A stretch of 64,000 nt of DNA from Dictyostelium discoideum. Taxonomy: Eukaryota. The translations under genes and the position numbers were made by a program. Shown here piece after piece: positions 24,686 to 46,888 of this stretch. The notes below the pieces were generated by a model that saw nothing but the letters and a program-made list of their open reading frames with translations, did no database searches and was not told the DNA's origin. The stretch covers positions 4,832,001 to 4,896,000 of the forward strand of contig CM000150.2 of assembly GCA_000004695.1 (NCBI GenBank). Reading direction: 5' to 3'. How positions within the stretch are numbered: position 1 is the first letter of the stretch; each line of letters begins with the position of its first letter.

Positions 24686-25326
24686 AGTTTTTTTTTAAAA
24701 ATTTATAAAATATAAAAAATGTCTAAACTAAATTTAAAATTATTTATTTTTATTTATTTGTATATATAAATAAATAAAAAATTATCTTTTTAATATTAAA
24801 AATTAAAATATTGATTTATATTTGGATTTTTTTTTTTTTTATAAATGTAAAAAGAAAAAAAAAATTTAATAAAAAAAAAAATTGATTGCTTTTTTTTTTT
24901 TTTTATAATAAAATTTGGTAATTAAGATATTTTTGGTGCGTGATTATTTGAAAAAAAAAAAAAAAAAAATCCAAAAAAAAAAAAAAAAAAATCCCAAAGA
25001 AAAAAAAAAATCAATTTAATAAATGTTTAAATCCATTATTTAAATAATTAACCCAAAAAAAAAGAGTTATATTTAGAAAAAAAAATAGTTTTTGACAATT
25101 GTATAAAAAAAAAAATAAATTGGATTTAAACATTTTTAAAAGTTTTACCACTTTTTGTTTCAAAACTTCTCAAAGGCAAACTATCCAAAAATAATTTTAT
25201 GAGTATAAAAAATAAATAAATATTTGTATATAATGATTAATTTTTGCAAATAACAAATTTTTTTTTTATTTATTTTTATTTTGATATGTTTAATAATAAA
25301 TAATAAATAATAAAAATAAATTATGA

Positions 25327-28262
<2,936 letters not shown>

Positions 28263-28700
28263 ATGGATATGACTTTGTTTTTTTTTTTTTCTTTTTTTTG
28301 TTTTTTTTTTTTTATTTTTTTTTTTTTTTTTGTCTGTGCCTGTTGTTAATAAAGTTGGTTTTAAAAAAAAAAATAAAAAAAAATAAAAAAAAAATTAATA
28401 AGGTTAAAATTTAAAAAAAAAAAATAAAAAAAAAATAAAATAAAAAATAAAAAAAAAAAAAACAAATAAAAAAAAATAAAAAAAAAAAAAAAAAATAAAA
28501 AATAAAATAAAATAAAAAAAAAAAATATTTTTAAAAAAAAATTTGGAATAAAAATAGAAAATTAATTAAAAAATTAATGCAACATTTTATTAATACCTTC
28601 ACATTTTAGAAATATCAACTGTTGACATTTAAATTTGTCACCAATCAAAAAAAAAAAAAAATTTAATATTTATAAAAAAATTAATAATTAAAGTAAACTA

Positions 28701-28731
<31 letters not shown>

Positions 28732-29585
28732 TTGATTTTTATTTTTTATTTAAACAGTTGAATAAATATTAAATTAAAATTATTGTTTATAATTTAAGTT
28801 ATTTTATTAATTTGATGATGGAAAATAACAATTTAAATATCTCTTTTATCTGTGAAATTCTGCTGGAAAATTAATTTGCGATACCTCATTTAAACCTATA
28901 AAAAATCCATATAATTAAATGGCCCTATATTTATATAACTTTGATGAATGAATTAATTTATTTTGGACAAAAAATTAAAAACATTTAATAACCTAAAAAT
29001 TTAATAAACTAAGAATTTATTATTTTTTTTTTTTTTCATTCTTTTTCATTTTCTTATTTTTATTATTTTAATTTGACGCATTATCACACCATCACAAAGG
29101 GGGGTCTTGTTTAATAATATTATTTTTTTTTTCTTTTTTTCTTTTTTATTTTTTTTTTTTATTGTTTTTTTTTTTTTATTTTTATTTTTATTTTTATTTT
29201 TATTTATTTTTTTTTTTTTTTATAATTTTTTTTTTTTTATTTTTTTTTTATATTTTTTTTTTCTTTGTTAAGTGAAAATTGAAAAAAAGAAAGTAAAAAA
29301 AAAAAAATAAAAACAAAAAAAAAAAAAAAAAAAGGTGATAAGTCTTTTTTTTATTATTATAATTTTTTTTTTTTTAAAAATATATATTTATATACACATT
29401 ATATAAAAAGGTAAATATCATACATCAATAATCTATTATATCATATCGACATTATTTAAATAGTTTAAACTATTCTTTACACATATTTTAAACTCGAGCG
29501 ATAGTAAATATTTATTTGTGTGTATTTTAAAAAAAAAAAATGAAAAATGCTCAAAAAAAAAAAAATTAATTATTTTTACAATTTT

Positions 29586-29652
29586 TTATTTTATTTTATT
29601 TTATTTTATTTTATTTTATTTTATTTTATTTTATTTTATTTTATTTTATTTT
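29586..29652. repeat. (TTTTA)n pentanucleotide microsatellite of about 13 units, in the 2.1-kb divergent intergenic region between the E3-ligase and NPC1-like genes
   Basis: attttattttattttatttt... seen directly. Confidence 0.9.
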
Positions 29653-30032
29653 TTTATTATTATTTTATTCATTCACAATTTTATTTATTTTCATTTTTTT
29701 TTATTTTATTTTATTTTGTTACTATAATTGTATCATTAAACAATAAAATATTTAAATAATTATATATATGGGAAATTAGGTTTTATCAATTTTCAAAAAT
29801 AAAAAAATAAAAAAATAAAAAAATAAAAAAATATATAAATATAATAATAATAAATAATAATACAACTTAATATCATAACCATAATCGTAGATTGTGCCAA
29901 TCACAACGACACAAAGTGTCATTTTATTTTTAATTTTTATTTTTTTTAATTTTTTTTTTTTTTTTTTTTTTTCAATAATCCATTTCGTGCATGGCAAAAT
30001 AAAGGGGTTGTTGTTCCCAATAATAATCTTCA

Positions 30033-30085
<53 letters not shown>

Positions 30086-30382
30086 TAAAATTGTTTTGAC
30101 TTTTCAGTTGATTGAGATATTTTTGATTCGCACAAAAAAAGAAAATAAAAAAATATAAAAAAATAAAAAAAAATAAAAAAAAATAAAAATACTAATTTTT
30201 TTTTTTTTTTTTTTTATTCGGGTTCAAAATTTTTTTTTTTTTTTCAAAGTTTACATATAACAAATAACAACAACAATACATTTTACATATATATTTAGAA
30301 TATTCAAAATTTCTTATCGATACCCTTTATATATATACAGTTTTACAATATTGTTGTAAAATTAAGTCAGATACAAACAAGA

Positions 30383-30620
30383 ATGAATATAAATCAAATT
30401 ATGTCTCTTTTTGTTTGTTTTTGTTTATTTTCGTCAATATACTTAATAAATACTGTTCATTCACAAGGACCTTTCCCATATAATACTACTGAGGGTTGTT
30501 CGATGAATGGTTTAAATGCAAGTTATATTGAAAGTGGTCTTTATCCACCTGTAAGTAGAGGAGAATAAAATAAAATAAAATAAAATAATTTTGTTAATTT
30601 TTTTAAGCAAAAAGTATTAA

Positions 30621-30658
<38 letters not shown>

Positions 30659-33600
30659 TATCATAATCAAATTTTAGCTCCAGGTACATGCCAATATTCA
30701 CATCCAGAATATTCAGAAACATCATGTTGTACAAATGGTCAAACACTTGTTTTATTATCAAACATGGTAATGGGATCTGCAGTATTTGCACGTTGTCCAG
30801 CATGTTTATTTAATGTATGGGATTTGTGGTGTGCATCATCATGTTCACCATATCAACAATCATTTATGGTACCAACAAGTATCGATAGTAAAACAGGACA
30901 AATCTTAAGCGTTGATTTCGTCATTCATCCCGATTACGCTTGGGGTTTATATAATTCATGTAGTGGTGTAAATTCAGATGGTGCACCACCTTTTGGTACA
31001 ATTTTTCATACACCTCAAGATTTTTTTAGTGGTATCTTTGCACTTAATCCAGCATTTTCAATCAATTGGGTTTTCAATGAAACAGGTTATATAAGTCCAA
31101 CTGCTCCATGCGCTGAATCTTGTTCATGTGATCAATGTGGTGATGCTTGTGGTCCACCACCTACTGTTGGTGAAATTGGTTTATTTAATAATTCTTTACC
31201 ACAAACTTATTTGTTTAATCATGAGTAAGTAGTATTTTTTTTTAAAAAAAAAAAAAAAAATCAAATGATTATCATTTTTAAATACTAAATTTAATTTTTT
31301 TTTTATTTATTTAATTAGAATTCCATTTTTATCAGTTTGGATGATTTGGACATTTATTATGTTTACATTAGTTTTAACATATGGTACTAGTATGGGATTA
31401 GTTTTATTTGGAAATGTAAAGTTTTTCGATTCAACTAAAGTAAAAGTAATAGCATCATTAGTTTTATCAATTTCATTTATTAGTGCAATTTTAATTCCAT
31501 TCATTTCTGGTAAAGTACCACTTCATGATAGTTCATGTCAATGGAAAATGCCATCCGATCAACTTTGGAATTGTTCATTAGCTTTGGGTGTTGGAATTTA
31601 TGAGCTTATTACTTTTATTTTCTTATTTGTCATCTCAATTGTTATCATTGTTCTTTATCATATTGGTTCAAATAATCGTCCAATTCCAGGTTCCTCTTCA
31701 AATGCCTCAGTTGTATATGATGCATTAATTTCTTCCAATAGTAGTAATAATGATAATAGTAATAGCAATAACAATGAACAACAACAACAACAACCATCAA
31801 CAATTATTCAAAGATTCTTTTATTGGTATGGTCATAAAGTTGCATCAAAACCACTTATTGTAATTTTAATTTGTATTATAATAACAGCAGGTTTAGGTAT
31901 TGGTATTATAAAATTAGAAATTGAACAAGATCCAGTAAAATTATGGGTTGCACCAGATAGTAGAGCAGCATTAGATAAAACTTATTTCGATAATAATTTT
32001 GGACCATTTTATCGTGTTGAACAAATTATTATAACACCAAAGAATCAAACTAAATATCCAACAGTTATAGAATATGATTTATTATTGGAATTATTTGAAA
32101 TCGAATTATCATTAATGAGTTTAGAGGCAGAATATGAAGGAGAATTGATTACATTGGATTCACTTTGTTTCAAACCAACAAAACGTGGTTGTTTAATTGA
32201 AAGTACATCTGGTTTATGGCAAAGAAATATTAGTAAACTTAATTATACCCAATCAGAGGAAGGTGTTTTAACCTATTATGAAAATTGTCAATCGAGCTTA
32301 CTTCAACCAGATTGTATGGATTCAGTGGGAGCACCAGTTCAACCAAGAGTGGTCTTGGGTGGTTGGGAGAATAATAATTCCTCTGCTGCATCTGCTTTTG
32401 TTGTTACCTTCCTTTTAAATAATCCAACCGATATGGTAAATACCGCCATGGCATGGGAACAAGTTTGGTTGGATCATATCTCTGCCATTGCTGCCACTTC
32501 TGAAATTTTCGATATCACATATAGTGCCGAGCGTTCAGTTCAAGATGAGTTATCACGTGAAGGTAATGCCGATATTCCAACTATTCTAATCTCTTATTTC
32601 GTTATGTTCTTCTATGTCTCCCTTTCATTGGGTAGTTACTATCCATTCCCAACTCGTTTCCTCTCATTATTTGTCCGTTCGCGTTTTGCACTTGGTTTTT
32701 GTGGTATCATCATTGTAGCTGCCTCCATCGTCATTAGTGTTGGTGTTTGTAGTATGGCAAATTTAAAGGCAACCTTAATCATTTCCGAAGTAATTCCATT
32801 CCTTGTATTAGCAATTGGTGTGGATAATATTTTCATCATTGTTAATACCTTTGAATCATTACATGTCGTTCGTTATGATCCACATACTCGTGCTGCTATC
32901 CTTCCAACCTCTGAAGATTCATTAGCTCGTACCCTCGCAAAAGTTGGTCCATCAATTGCTTTAGCATCACTCAGCGAATCATTGGCTTTCCTATTGGGTT
33001 CATTAACAAAAATGCCAGCAGTTCAAGCATTCTCTTACTATGCAGCATTGGCAATTTTCGTTGACTTTTTATTACAGGTTAGTGCATTCTCTGCCCTATT
33101 GGTTTTGGATTCTAAACGTGCCTCCTCAAGACGTATCGATTGTTTACCATGTATTGCATTGGAGGATGGTGATAACTCTGATATGGAAGATGATGATGAT
33201 GAAGAAAATGAAAAATTACCATTTGCACGTGCCGACATTAATGCAAACTTTAAAAATTCTCAACCAACCTATTCCACTTCATCATCACCAAAGAAAACTA
33301 CCCTCCTTCAAGTTGTCTTCAAAAAATTCTATGCTCCCTTTTTATTACATCCAATCACAAAGATGTTGGTTATCATTTTCTTTGTTGGTTTATTGTTGAC
33401 TGGTATAAACTTTGCCTTCCAAGTCTCGATTGGTTTAGATCAACGTGTTGCCTTACCAAGTAATTCTTATCTTCAAGGTTATTTCAATAATATGGCCAAT
33501 CTTTTGGAGGTAGGTCCACCATTTTATATCGTTATCAAAGGTGATTACAATTATACCGATTTTGAATCACAAAATAAACTTTGTACAATGGGTGGTTGTG

Positions 33601-34613
33601 ATAAAGATTCAATTGTCAATGTATTCAATAATGCACCATTCATCAATAAAGGTATTTCAAGTTGGTTGGATGATTATATTAGTTTTGCTCAAGCCCAAGG
33701 TTCTTGTTGTCTCAAATATCCAAATGGTAGCATTTGTTACAATGGTGCCGACCCTTCCTGTGCACCATGTTTCTCAAATAATGCACAAGGTCGTCCAGAT
33801 CCACAATCATTCATACAATATTTACCATTCTTTTTGAATGTATCAAATACTGCCAGTTGTCCATTGGCTGGTTTGGCTTACACAAGTGATGCTCATATCG
33901 TCAATGGCACTATTGTTGCCTCAAGATTCGATGGTTATCATACAACTCTTAGAACTCAAGATGATTATATCAATGCAGTTCAAACCGCTTATTATTTGGC
34001 CGATAATTCCGATCTCGATGTAGAGGTTTATTCAATCATTTATGTTTACTTTGATCAATATCTAACAATCAAGAGTGTAGCAATAATGGATATCCTTTTG
34101 GCATTGGGTGGTGTATTTATTGTTTGTCTCATTTTACTATTGAATCCATTGGTTTCTTTCTTGGTTGTAATTTCCGTTGGTATGATTTGTGTCGATTTAT
34201 TAGGTATCATGGCATTATGGAACATCTCTTTGAATGCAGTTTCCGTTGTAAACGTTGTTATGGCCATTGGTATTGGTATCGAGTTTTGTGTTCACATTGC
34301 TTCAACCTTTATCAATGCTCCAAAACATTTCTCAAGAGATCAAAAAGCAAAATATGCCGTCACTGAGATGGGTAGTTCCATCATTAGTGGTATCTTTATC
34401 ACAAAATTATTGGGTGTCGTGGTTTTAGGTTTCTCAACTTCAGAAATTTTCACTGTTTATTACTTTAGAATGTATCTCAGTATAGTTTTCTTGGGTGGTT
34501 TACATGGTTTAGTTTTCTTACCAGTATTATTATCTTTATTTGGAACTGATACCCTTCAATTAGATCGTCTTTGTAAATCTAAAAAAAATAGTTATTCACT
34601 TAATGATGAATAA
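30383..34613 (+). CDS. Niemann-Pick C1 (NPC1)-like sterol-sensing-domain transporter, 1342 aa. Exons are join(30383..30550, 30659..31224, 31319..34613).
   Basis: A signal peptide (MNINQIMSLFVCFCLFSSIYLINTVHS) is followed by a Cys-rich NPC1 N-terminal domain (CQYSHPEYSETSCCTNGQ...ARCPACLFNVWDLWCASSCSPYQ). A sterol-sensing domain follows (SYFVMFFYVSLSLG...GVDNIFIIVNTFESL...PSIALASLSESLAFLLGSLTKMPAVQAFSYYAALAIFVDFLLQVSAFSALLVLD) and then a second patched-like transmembrane bundle. Donors are CCT|GTAAGT and GA|GTAAGT and the frames were checked. Confidence 0.9.
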
Positions 34614-34678
34614 AAAAAAAAAAGTAAAAAAAAAAATAGTTATTCACTTAATGATGAATAAATAAAAAAAAGTAAAAA
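34583..34678. repeat. Tandem duplication of about 48 bp spanning the NPC1-like stop codon (aaaaaatagttattcacttaatgatgaataa...agtaaaaa, twice)
   Basis: Two near-identical copies back to back. The first contains the TAA stop at 34611..34613 and the second differs by one inserted 'at'. Confidence 0.85.
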
Positions 34679-34798
34679 AAAAAAAAAAATAATAAAGATT
34701 TGTATAGAATAATTTTGAAAAAAAAAGATCATCAAAAAAAATCAAGATTTAATTTTTAATTTTATTTCTCTCAAGGTCAAATTTCATATTTTTTATTT

Positions 34799-34829
<31 letters not shown>

Positions 34830-34949
34830 GTTATTTTCAAATTTTTGAAAAAAAAAAAAAAAACCACCGTGTTATAATTTTTAATTTTTTATTTTTTATT
34901 TTTTTTTAATTTTTTTTTTGATTTGTCAGTGTCATATAATGATGTAAAA

Positions 34950-40568
<5,619 letters not shown>

Positions 40569-41092
40569 TAAAAATATTAAAAAATGAAAAAAATTATTAT
40601 TAATTAATATAATAATAAAAAATAAAATAATATTTAGTTTTTATTACTTTAATATTCAAAACTAAAAAATGAATAAATAAAAATTCTTCTTTTTAATTTT
40701 TTTAACTAATTTATTCAAAATTTTTTTAGTTTTCCAAAATATATTTTCCTCTTTGGCAATATCTATTCATATCTTTTTTTTACAGATAAAAAACTTTTTT
40801 TTTCTAATATCTAATAAATTTAGTTATATTTTTTTTTTTTTTTTTAAGAATTGAAGTTTCCCTCTTTGAAATTTTTTTTTTTTTCTTTATAGGAAAATAA
40901 ATTTTAAAAGGAAGGAAAAAATTGATTTTTAATTTTTTTTTTACAGAAATAAATGTGGAATAATCACATGTTTTTATTTAAAATAAGTAAATTGTTTGTT
41001 TTTAAATATTTGAATTTGAAACTTTAAAGTAATTAGATTTTTTTTCTTTTTTTTTTTTTTATTTTTAATACAATATACACAAGAATAATTTA

Positions 41093-41133
<41 letters not shown>

Positions 41134-41136
41134 AAA

Positions 41137-42835
41137 TTAATTTAGAGATAAGAATTTGACTCGGATAAATTGATTTCCTTGAATTTTTTGTCCATCAAGA
41201 TTTTGTTGAGCTAAAATTGCATTTTCTGCATTATTAAAAGATATGAAACATTTTGTTTTGTTACTATTTGGATTTATATTTATCTATTTTATAAAATGAT
41301 AATAATTAGTAACCAATTTGAAAGAAAAAAAAAAAAAAAAAAAAAAAAGGTAAATTCCAAATAAAACACTTACATTTATACTTTTTAAATCTCCATATTT
41401 TGAAAAAATCTGGATTAAATTTGAATATTCTAAACTTCCTTTAAATGTGCAAACCAAAATTGAAACTGAATTATTATTTATAGTTTTAGTATATTTTGGT
41501 GAGGATGGTGGTGATTGTTGTTGCGGTTGTTGTGGTTGTTGAGGTTGGTATTGTTGTGCGTATACAATTGGTTGTTGTGGTTGTGGAATATGATGATGAT
41601 GATGATAATAATATGATGTTGCTGTTGGATATACGTAATAATTTTGATCAGTTGGTTGCCATGAATAACTTTGTTGTGGGGAAGTGGAATGTAATTCCCC
41701 ATTTGTTGAGTAAACACCATTTGAATAATGATCATAATAATTATTTGAGTATGAATTTGAATTATATTCCTAATTTTAAAAAAAAAAAAAAAAAAAAAAA
41801 TTAATATTAAAATTAAAATTAATAGATAATCTATTTAAACTAAGAGAATATATTAAATATTTACTTGTGATGCATAATAACCTTGATATGGCTCACCTTG
41901 ATAAACATATGAATATTGTGGTGGTGGAGGAATTGATGGTAATGGTGGTTGTGGAATTGATTGTGGTGGTTGTGGAATTGATATTGGTTGTATTGATTGT
42001 TGCTGCTGTTGTTGTAGTTGTTGAGATGATTGATTATTATTATATTTTTGTGGTTGTGGAGATGATGGACGTTGAGGTTGATTTGGAGAAGATGAACGAT
42101 TTGGAATATTTGTTAAAGAAGAAATTGAGTTAGTTGTGGGACTTGGTGTTAAAGAAGATGTTGATGATATAGATGAATTTGATAATGATAAATAAGGAAT
42201 TTGAATTGATTGTTTTTTACCATTAGGTGCATACTTAACTATTTTTTTTTAAAGAAAATATATACATATATACGTACATATTAATATTTGTTTTTTTTTT
42301 TAAGGAATATAAAATAAAATAATATCTTACCAACTAAAGGAGTTTCACCTAAAATTAAAGAACCAGACATTGATTGTAAAGCATTTGTTGAATAATGAAT
42401 ATTTGAGAATTTAATAACGCCGGCTCTCTTACTTTTTCCACTACTGGCATCAATTAAAACTTGAGCCTCAATAACTTCACCAAATTGAGAGAATGTTGAG
42501 TTTAAAATTGCATCAGTAATTGTTGGTGATAATACTCTAACATAAAGAGTATTTGATGGATCTCTTTGTTGTTCAGTTTGGGATGGTGAAGTAGTTGCAC
42601 CACCATTTGAATCTGGTACACAACAACTAATACCACCATTTCCATTGTTACCTACAAATGGAGACACTGGTGGTGAATTTGATGGTTTCGATAATTTACA
42701 TAAAAGTGTCTTATATCCAACTTGATATCTATTCATATTTTTAATTGCTTCACAAGCATTTTCTGGATTTAAAAATCTTACAAATCTATTTAAAATATAT
42801 TATAATTAATATTTTGGATTTTTTTTTTTTTTTTT

Positions 42836-42878
<43 letters not shown>

Positions 42879-43021
42879 TCATACCCATATCCTAAGCTAT
42901 TTCCAGTTTTAATATTAACCATAACTTTTGTATTTACAATTTCTCCAAATTGTTCAAATAGATCATATAATTCTATATTTTTTTATTTATTTAATTATTT
43001 ATTTTTTGGTGATTAAATAAT

Positions 43022-43067
<46 letters not shown>

Positions 43068-43220
43068 ATTAATAAATGAAAAATATTATTTTATTTAAAA
43101 TTCAAGAGTATTACCTTTTTCTGAAAAATTACATGGTAAATATTTTACAAAAACATTACAAATATCAACTTCGGAATCTAATTCAAATTCTTGACTTATT
43201 GGTTCAACTTCCATTTTCAT
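41137..43220 (-). CDS. ELAV/CELF-like RNA-binding protein with three RRMs, 521 aa. Exons are join(43115..43220, 42885..42972, 42331..42785, 41865..42238, 41374..41769, 41137..41283).
   Basis: RRM1 carries RNP2 NVFVKYLP and RNP1 LGYGFVRF. RRM2 carries LYVRVL and RAGVIKF and ends ...LGETPLVVKYA, the ELAV/CELF-type linker. A P/Q-rich spacer follows. RRM3 is SILVCTF...KCFISFNNAENAILAQQNLDGQKIQGNQFIRVKF. All six exons and their phases were checked by coordinate arithmetic (1566 nt). Confidence 0.85.
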
Positions 43221-43338
43221 TTTTTTTTTTTTTTTATTTTAAAATTTTATTTTAGGTTTCGGATTGAGGGTGTGAACTTTAATATTTTTTTATTTTAATA
43301 TTTTTTTTTTTTTTTCTTTAAATGAAAAGTTAATAATA

Positions 43339-43377
<39 letters not shown>

Positions 43378-44291
43378 CTTATAAAAAAAAATAAAATTAA
43401 TTATAATAATACAAAATGGTTTTTTTATTTTTGTTTTGGTGATGTGTTGTGAAAATGAAAGTGAAAATAATTTTTTTTTTTTTGTTTTTCAAAAAAGAAA
43501 AATAAAGTAAATGTGATTATAATCACAAAAAAAAAAAAAATAAAAATAAAAAAAAAAATAAAAAAAAAAAATTAAAATAATAATAGTTTGATTGGCGAAT
43601 GAAAAATATTTTAAAAAATCTAAAATTCTGTGCAAAGTGTATTTTTATTATTTTGATTATTTTGAAATGATTGAAAATTTTTAATTGGTTTTATTTATTC
43701 GATTGGCAAAAAAAAAAAATAAAAAAAAAAATATAAAAAAAAATAAAAAAATAAAAAATAAAAAAAATAGAAAAAAATAATGGTTATTGGTTTGGATATG
43801 GACTTATATGAATTAAAAATCTGACAGACGATCACCCTTTTTTTTCCAACCAATCAAATGACCAATTAACCATAATCAAAAGAAAAATATCTTAAAACCG
43901 ACAAAGACATTCGACAAAAAAAAAAATATGAAAAATAAAAAATAAAAAAAATAAAGTAAAAAAAAAAAAAAACTGCAAAAAATCCAAAAAAACGATACTT
44001 GCAAAACAAAAAAAAAAAAAATAAAATAAAATGTAATGACCGTTATGGGAGAGAAAAGGTATTTTTTTTATGGTGCACAGAAATATTATTGTTCGTTTCT
44101 AAACAGATTTAAAAAAAACCAAAATTTACCCTAACACTTAATTAATTAATTAATTAATTAATTAAATTATTTTATAGATTTCTGATATATTTGGAATATG
44201 GTTTTGAAATGATTATTATAATTGATTTAATAAAAAATGTAAATGGTTTTTTCTAAACAATTTTTTACTTTTTTTATTTTTTTTTCAATTT

Positions 44292-44349
<58 letters not shown>

Positions 44350-45040
44350 TTATTTGATTATGGTGAATGTTGTTTAATTATTTTTTATTTTTTTTTAAAA
44401 TAGGTTTTTTTTTTTTATAGTTTTTTTTTTTTTTATTTTTTTTTTAAAAAAAAAAAAATAATAACAAAAAATTAAATAAAATAAATTGTTTGAATTGGAA
44501 AGGGTTTTAAATATTTTTTAATATTTTTTTAATAATTTTTTTTTTTTTTAAAAAAAATGATTGCCACAGGAATCGAATAACCATATTTACTAAATTGTCA
44601 ATTCGATCGGTTATAATTTTTGTGAAAAAAATGAAAAAAAAAAAATATATACATGCAATCTATGTTTCGAATCAAGATTCCAAAAAAAAAAAAAAAAAAA
44701 AAAAATATGAAAATAAATATCCGAGGTTTTTTTAACGAAACACAAATAACATGAAAACAAATCTAAGAATTAAAACCTCCAAAAACCCTTTTACGTATTG
44801 GTATCTCTACTTTTTGTGATAAATAAGTTGATCGCATATATTTTTAATTAAAAAAAAAAAAAAATTTTAAAAAAAAATAATACATATGACTTTTACTTTT
44901 TTGGATTTACTATGCACAAAGTTATTGATTAACTTTAAAATGGTTGGTTATTTTAATTATGTGATAGTTTTGTTATTGAATTTTATTTTGTTTTTATTTT
45001 TATTTTAGTTATTTTCTTTCTTTTTTTTATTTTATTTTAT

Positions 45041-45071
<31 letters not shown>

Positions 45072-45793
45072 TTCTATCCTTATAAATTTTGTTTTTTTTT
45101 TTTTTTTTTTTTTTTAATTATTTATTTGAAATTATTTTTTATTTTATTTAAATGATTGTTTTAAAATGAAATGAAATAATTTTATTTTCCTTATGTCAAA
45201 AAAAATTTTTTTTTTTTAAAATTAAAAAAAAAAAAATAAAACCCACGAAAATGTATTTTGATTGTTTTGGGGCATTTATTTTAAGATACATGACCTATTT
45301 TTGGCACCAAATTTTTTTTTTTACAAAAATAGTTTTTTTTCAAAAAAAAAAGACGAAAATTTTAAAATTGGGTTAATGCCCGCATGAATATTTAAAAACA
45401 AAAAATTGCGCCAATTCGATTAACAAGATAATAGGCCCGCCAACTATGTGAATGATATCTCACACCACGAGATTAATAAAAATTTGTGTGAATTTTAGAT
45501 TTATTAAAAAAACCAAAAATAAAAAAATCAAAAAAACGAAAGTGCTAATAATATGAACCAATCAAATTTGGTCTTATTTTATATATCTAAATTTTTATTA
45601 TAAATATTTACTTTTATGATGTTTTTTGGATATTGATCACGGTATAATGGTGAATTAATTATCTATAATTGTAATACGAAGGGTTTGATGTAATTATTAT
45701 TTGTGGTGATGATTTAAGCTAATTATAGTTTTTTTTTTTTTTTTTTTTATAATTATAATAATTATTATTATTATTTTTTTTTGAAAATTAAAT

Positions 45794-45827
<34 letters not shown>

Positions 45828-45854
45828 ATTTATAAAAAAAAAAGTGAAGATAAG

Positions 45855-45903
<49 letters not shown>

Positions 45904-46600
45904 AAAAAAACTTACCCAAACATTACATTACGAATAATAAATTTTCTATTATTGATTTTAAAATCATTTAATACTATTTGAACCTTAACGAGAGAGAGGG
46001 GGTGCATTCTTAATTAATTCAATCCTTTTTTTTAACTTGCACTGACGTTCTGGGATGTTAATAATAGAGTGCAGAATTAATTTAATTTTATTTTATTTTT
46101 TTTTTAATTTTTTTTTTTTTTTGTGAAATTTTTTATTTTAATCATTTCGTGATGGGTAAAAAAAAAAAAAACCACCATCAAAACGACTGTATAACAACAC
46201 AATGAGATAGATTTAATTAAACAAAAAAGCCAAAATTAAACAACGGTTTTTTCCTGGGGAATCTTTCAAAGGGTAAATCTATTAATATGTTTTTTTTTTT
46301 TTCAAACTTTTTTTTTAAATTTATTCCAGAAGATCTACATATTTGCCTTTATTAAGAATAAGAATCAAAAGAAGAGTTTTTTTTATTTTATTAATAAAAA
46401 TAATTTCGGTGGGTGTGGGTTGATATAAAAAAAAAATTAAATATTAAAATTTAAAACTGAACCACATTTTTTATTTGAAAAAAAAAAATATCTTGTGGGT
46501 AATACGATTTTGGATATCATGGTGTTATTACTTTGATTATTAAAGATAAGATTTTAATCTCGTCTAAAAATTTTTTTTTTTTGTTTTTTTTATCTGTTTC

Positions 46601-46888
46601 TTATAATAAAATTGGAAATAAAAAAGATATATTTTTTTTTTAAAAAAAATAAAAAAAACACAAAAAACAAAATAAAAAAAAAAACATATTGCAATATTAA
46701 AATCTTAATCTTTCACTGGTTGAATTTTTACTTTTTTTTTTTACTTTTAAAAATTCAACCAGTGAAAGACACGCTCACTTTAAAAATAATTATATAACAA
46801 CAAGATAAATGGTGAGTTTAATTAAAGATTTTATTTTTTTTTTTGGTTTTTTTTTTTTTTTTTTTATAATAAAATTGGAAATAAAAAG
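46601..46888. repeat. Pair of 25-bp direct repeats TTATAATAAAATTGGAAATAAAAAG (46601..46625 and 46864..46888) flanking the hairpin; each is preceded by a poly-T tract
   Basis: Exact 25/25 match 263 bp apart, seen directly. Confidence 0.8.
46710..46768. repeat. Perfect 21-bp inverted repeat (ctttcactggttgaattttta / taaaaattcaaccagtgaaag) with a 17-nt T-rich loop: a stable hairpin in an otherwise gene-free interval
   Basis: The reverse complement of 46710..46730 equals 46748..46768 exactly. G/C-containing perfect palindromes of this length are rare in this AT-rich background. Confidence 0.85.

Noticed and set aside
29518-30135. ORFs in the (TTTTA)n and homopolymer region, and the 30603..30803 minus ORF
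   Set aside because: They are pure repeat translations in the divergent promoter, or lie within the NPC1-like intron 1.
32639-34366. Several 60-120-aa ORFs on both strands inside 31341..34613
   Set aside because: They are alternative frames inside the long NPC1-like exon 3, whose own frame has strong SSD/patched homology.
41478-42133. ORFs 41478..41735(-), 41496..41804(+) and 41867..42133(+)
   Set aside because: They are wrong-frame or antisense reads of the RRM gene's P/Q/H-rich exons 4-5. The chosen frame yields RNP motifs and clean splice junctions.
46808-46830. ATG followed immediately by GTGAGT (aaATG|GTGAGTttaatt), which resembles a one-codon first exon
   Set aside because: There is no downstream plus-strand exon before the convergent ZC3H14-like gene's 3' end. 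It is probably a chance match, although it sits in the repeat/hairpin region flagged above.
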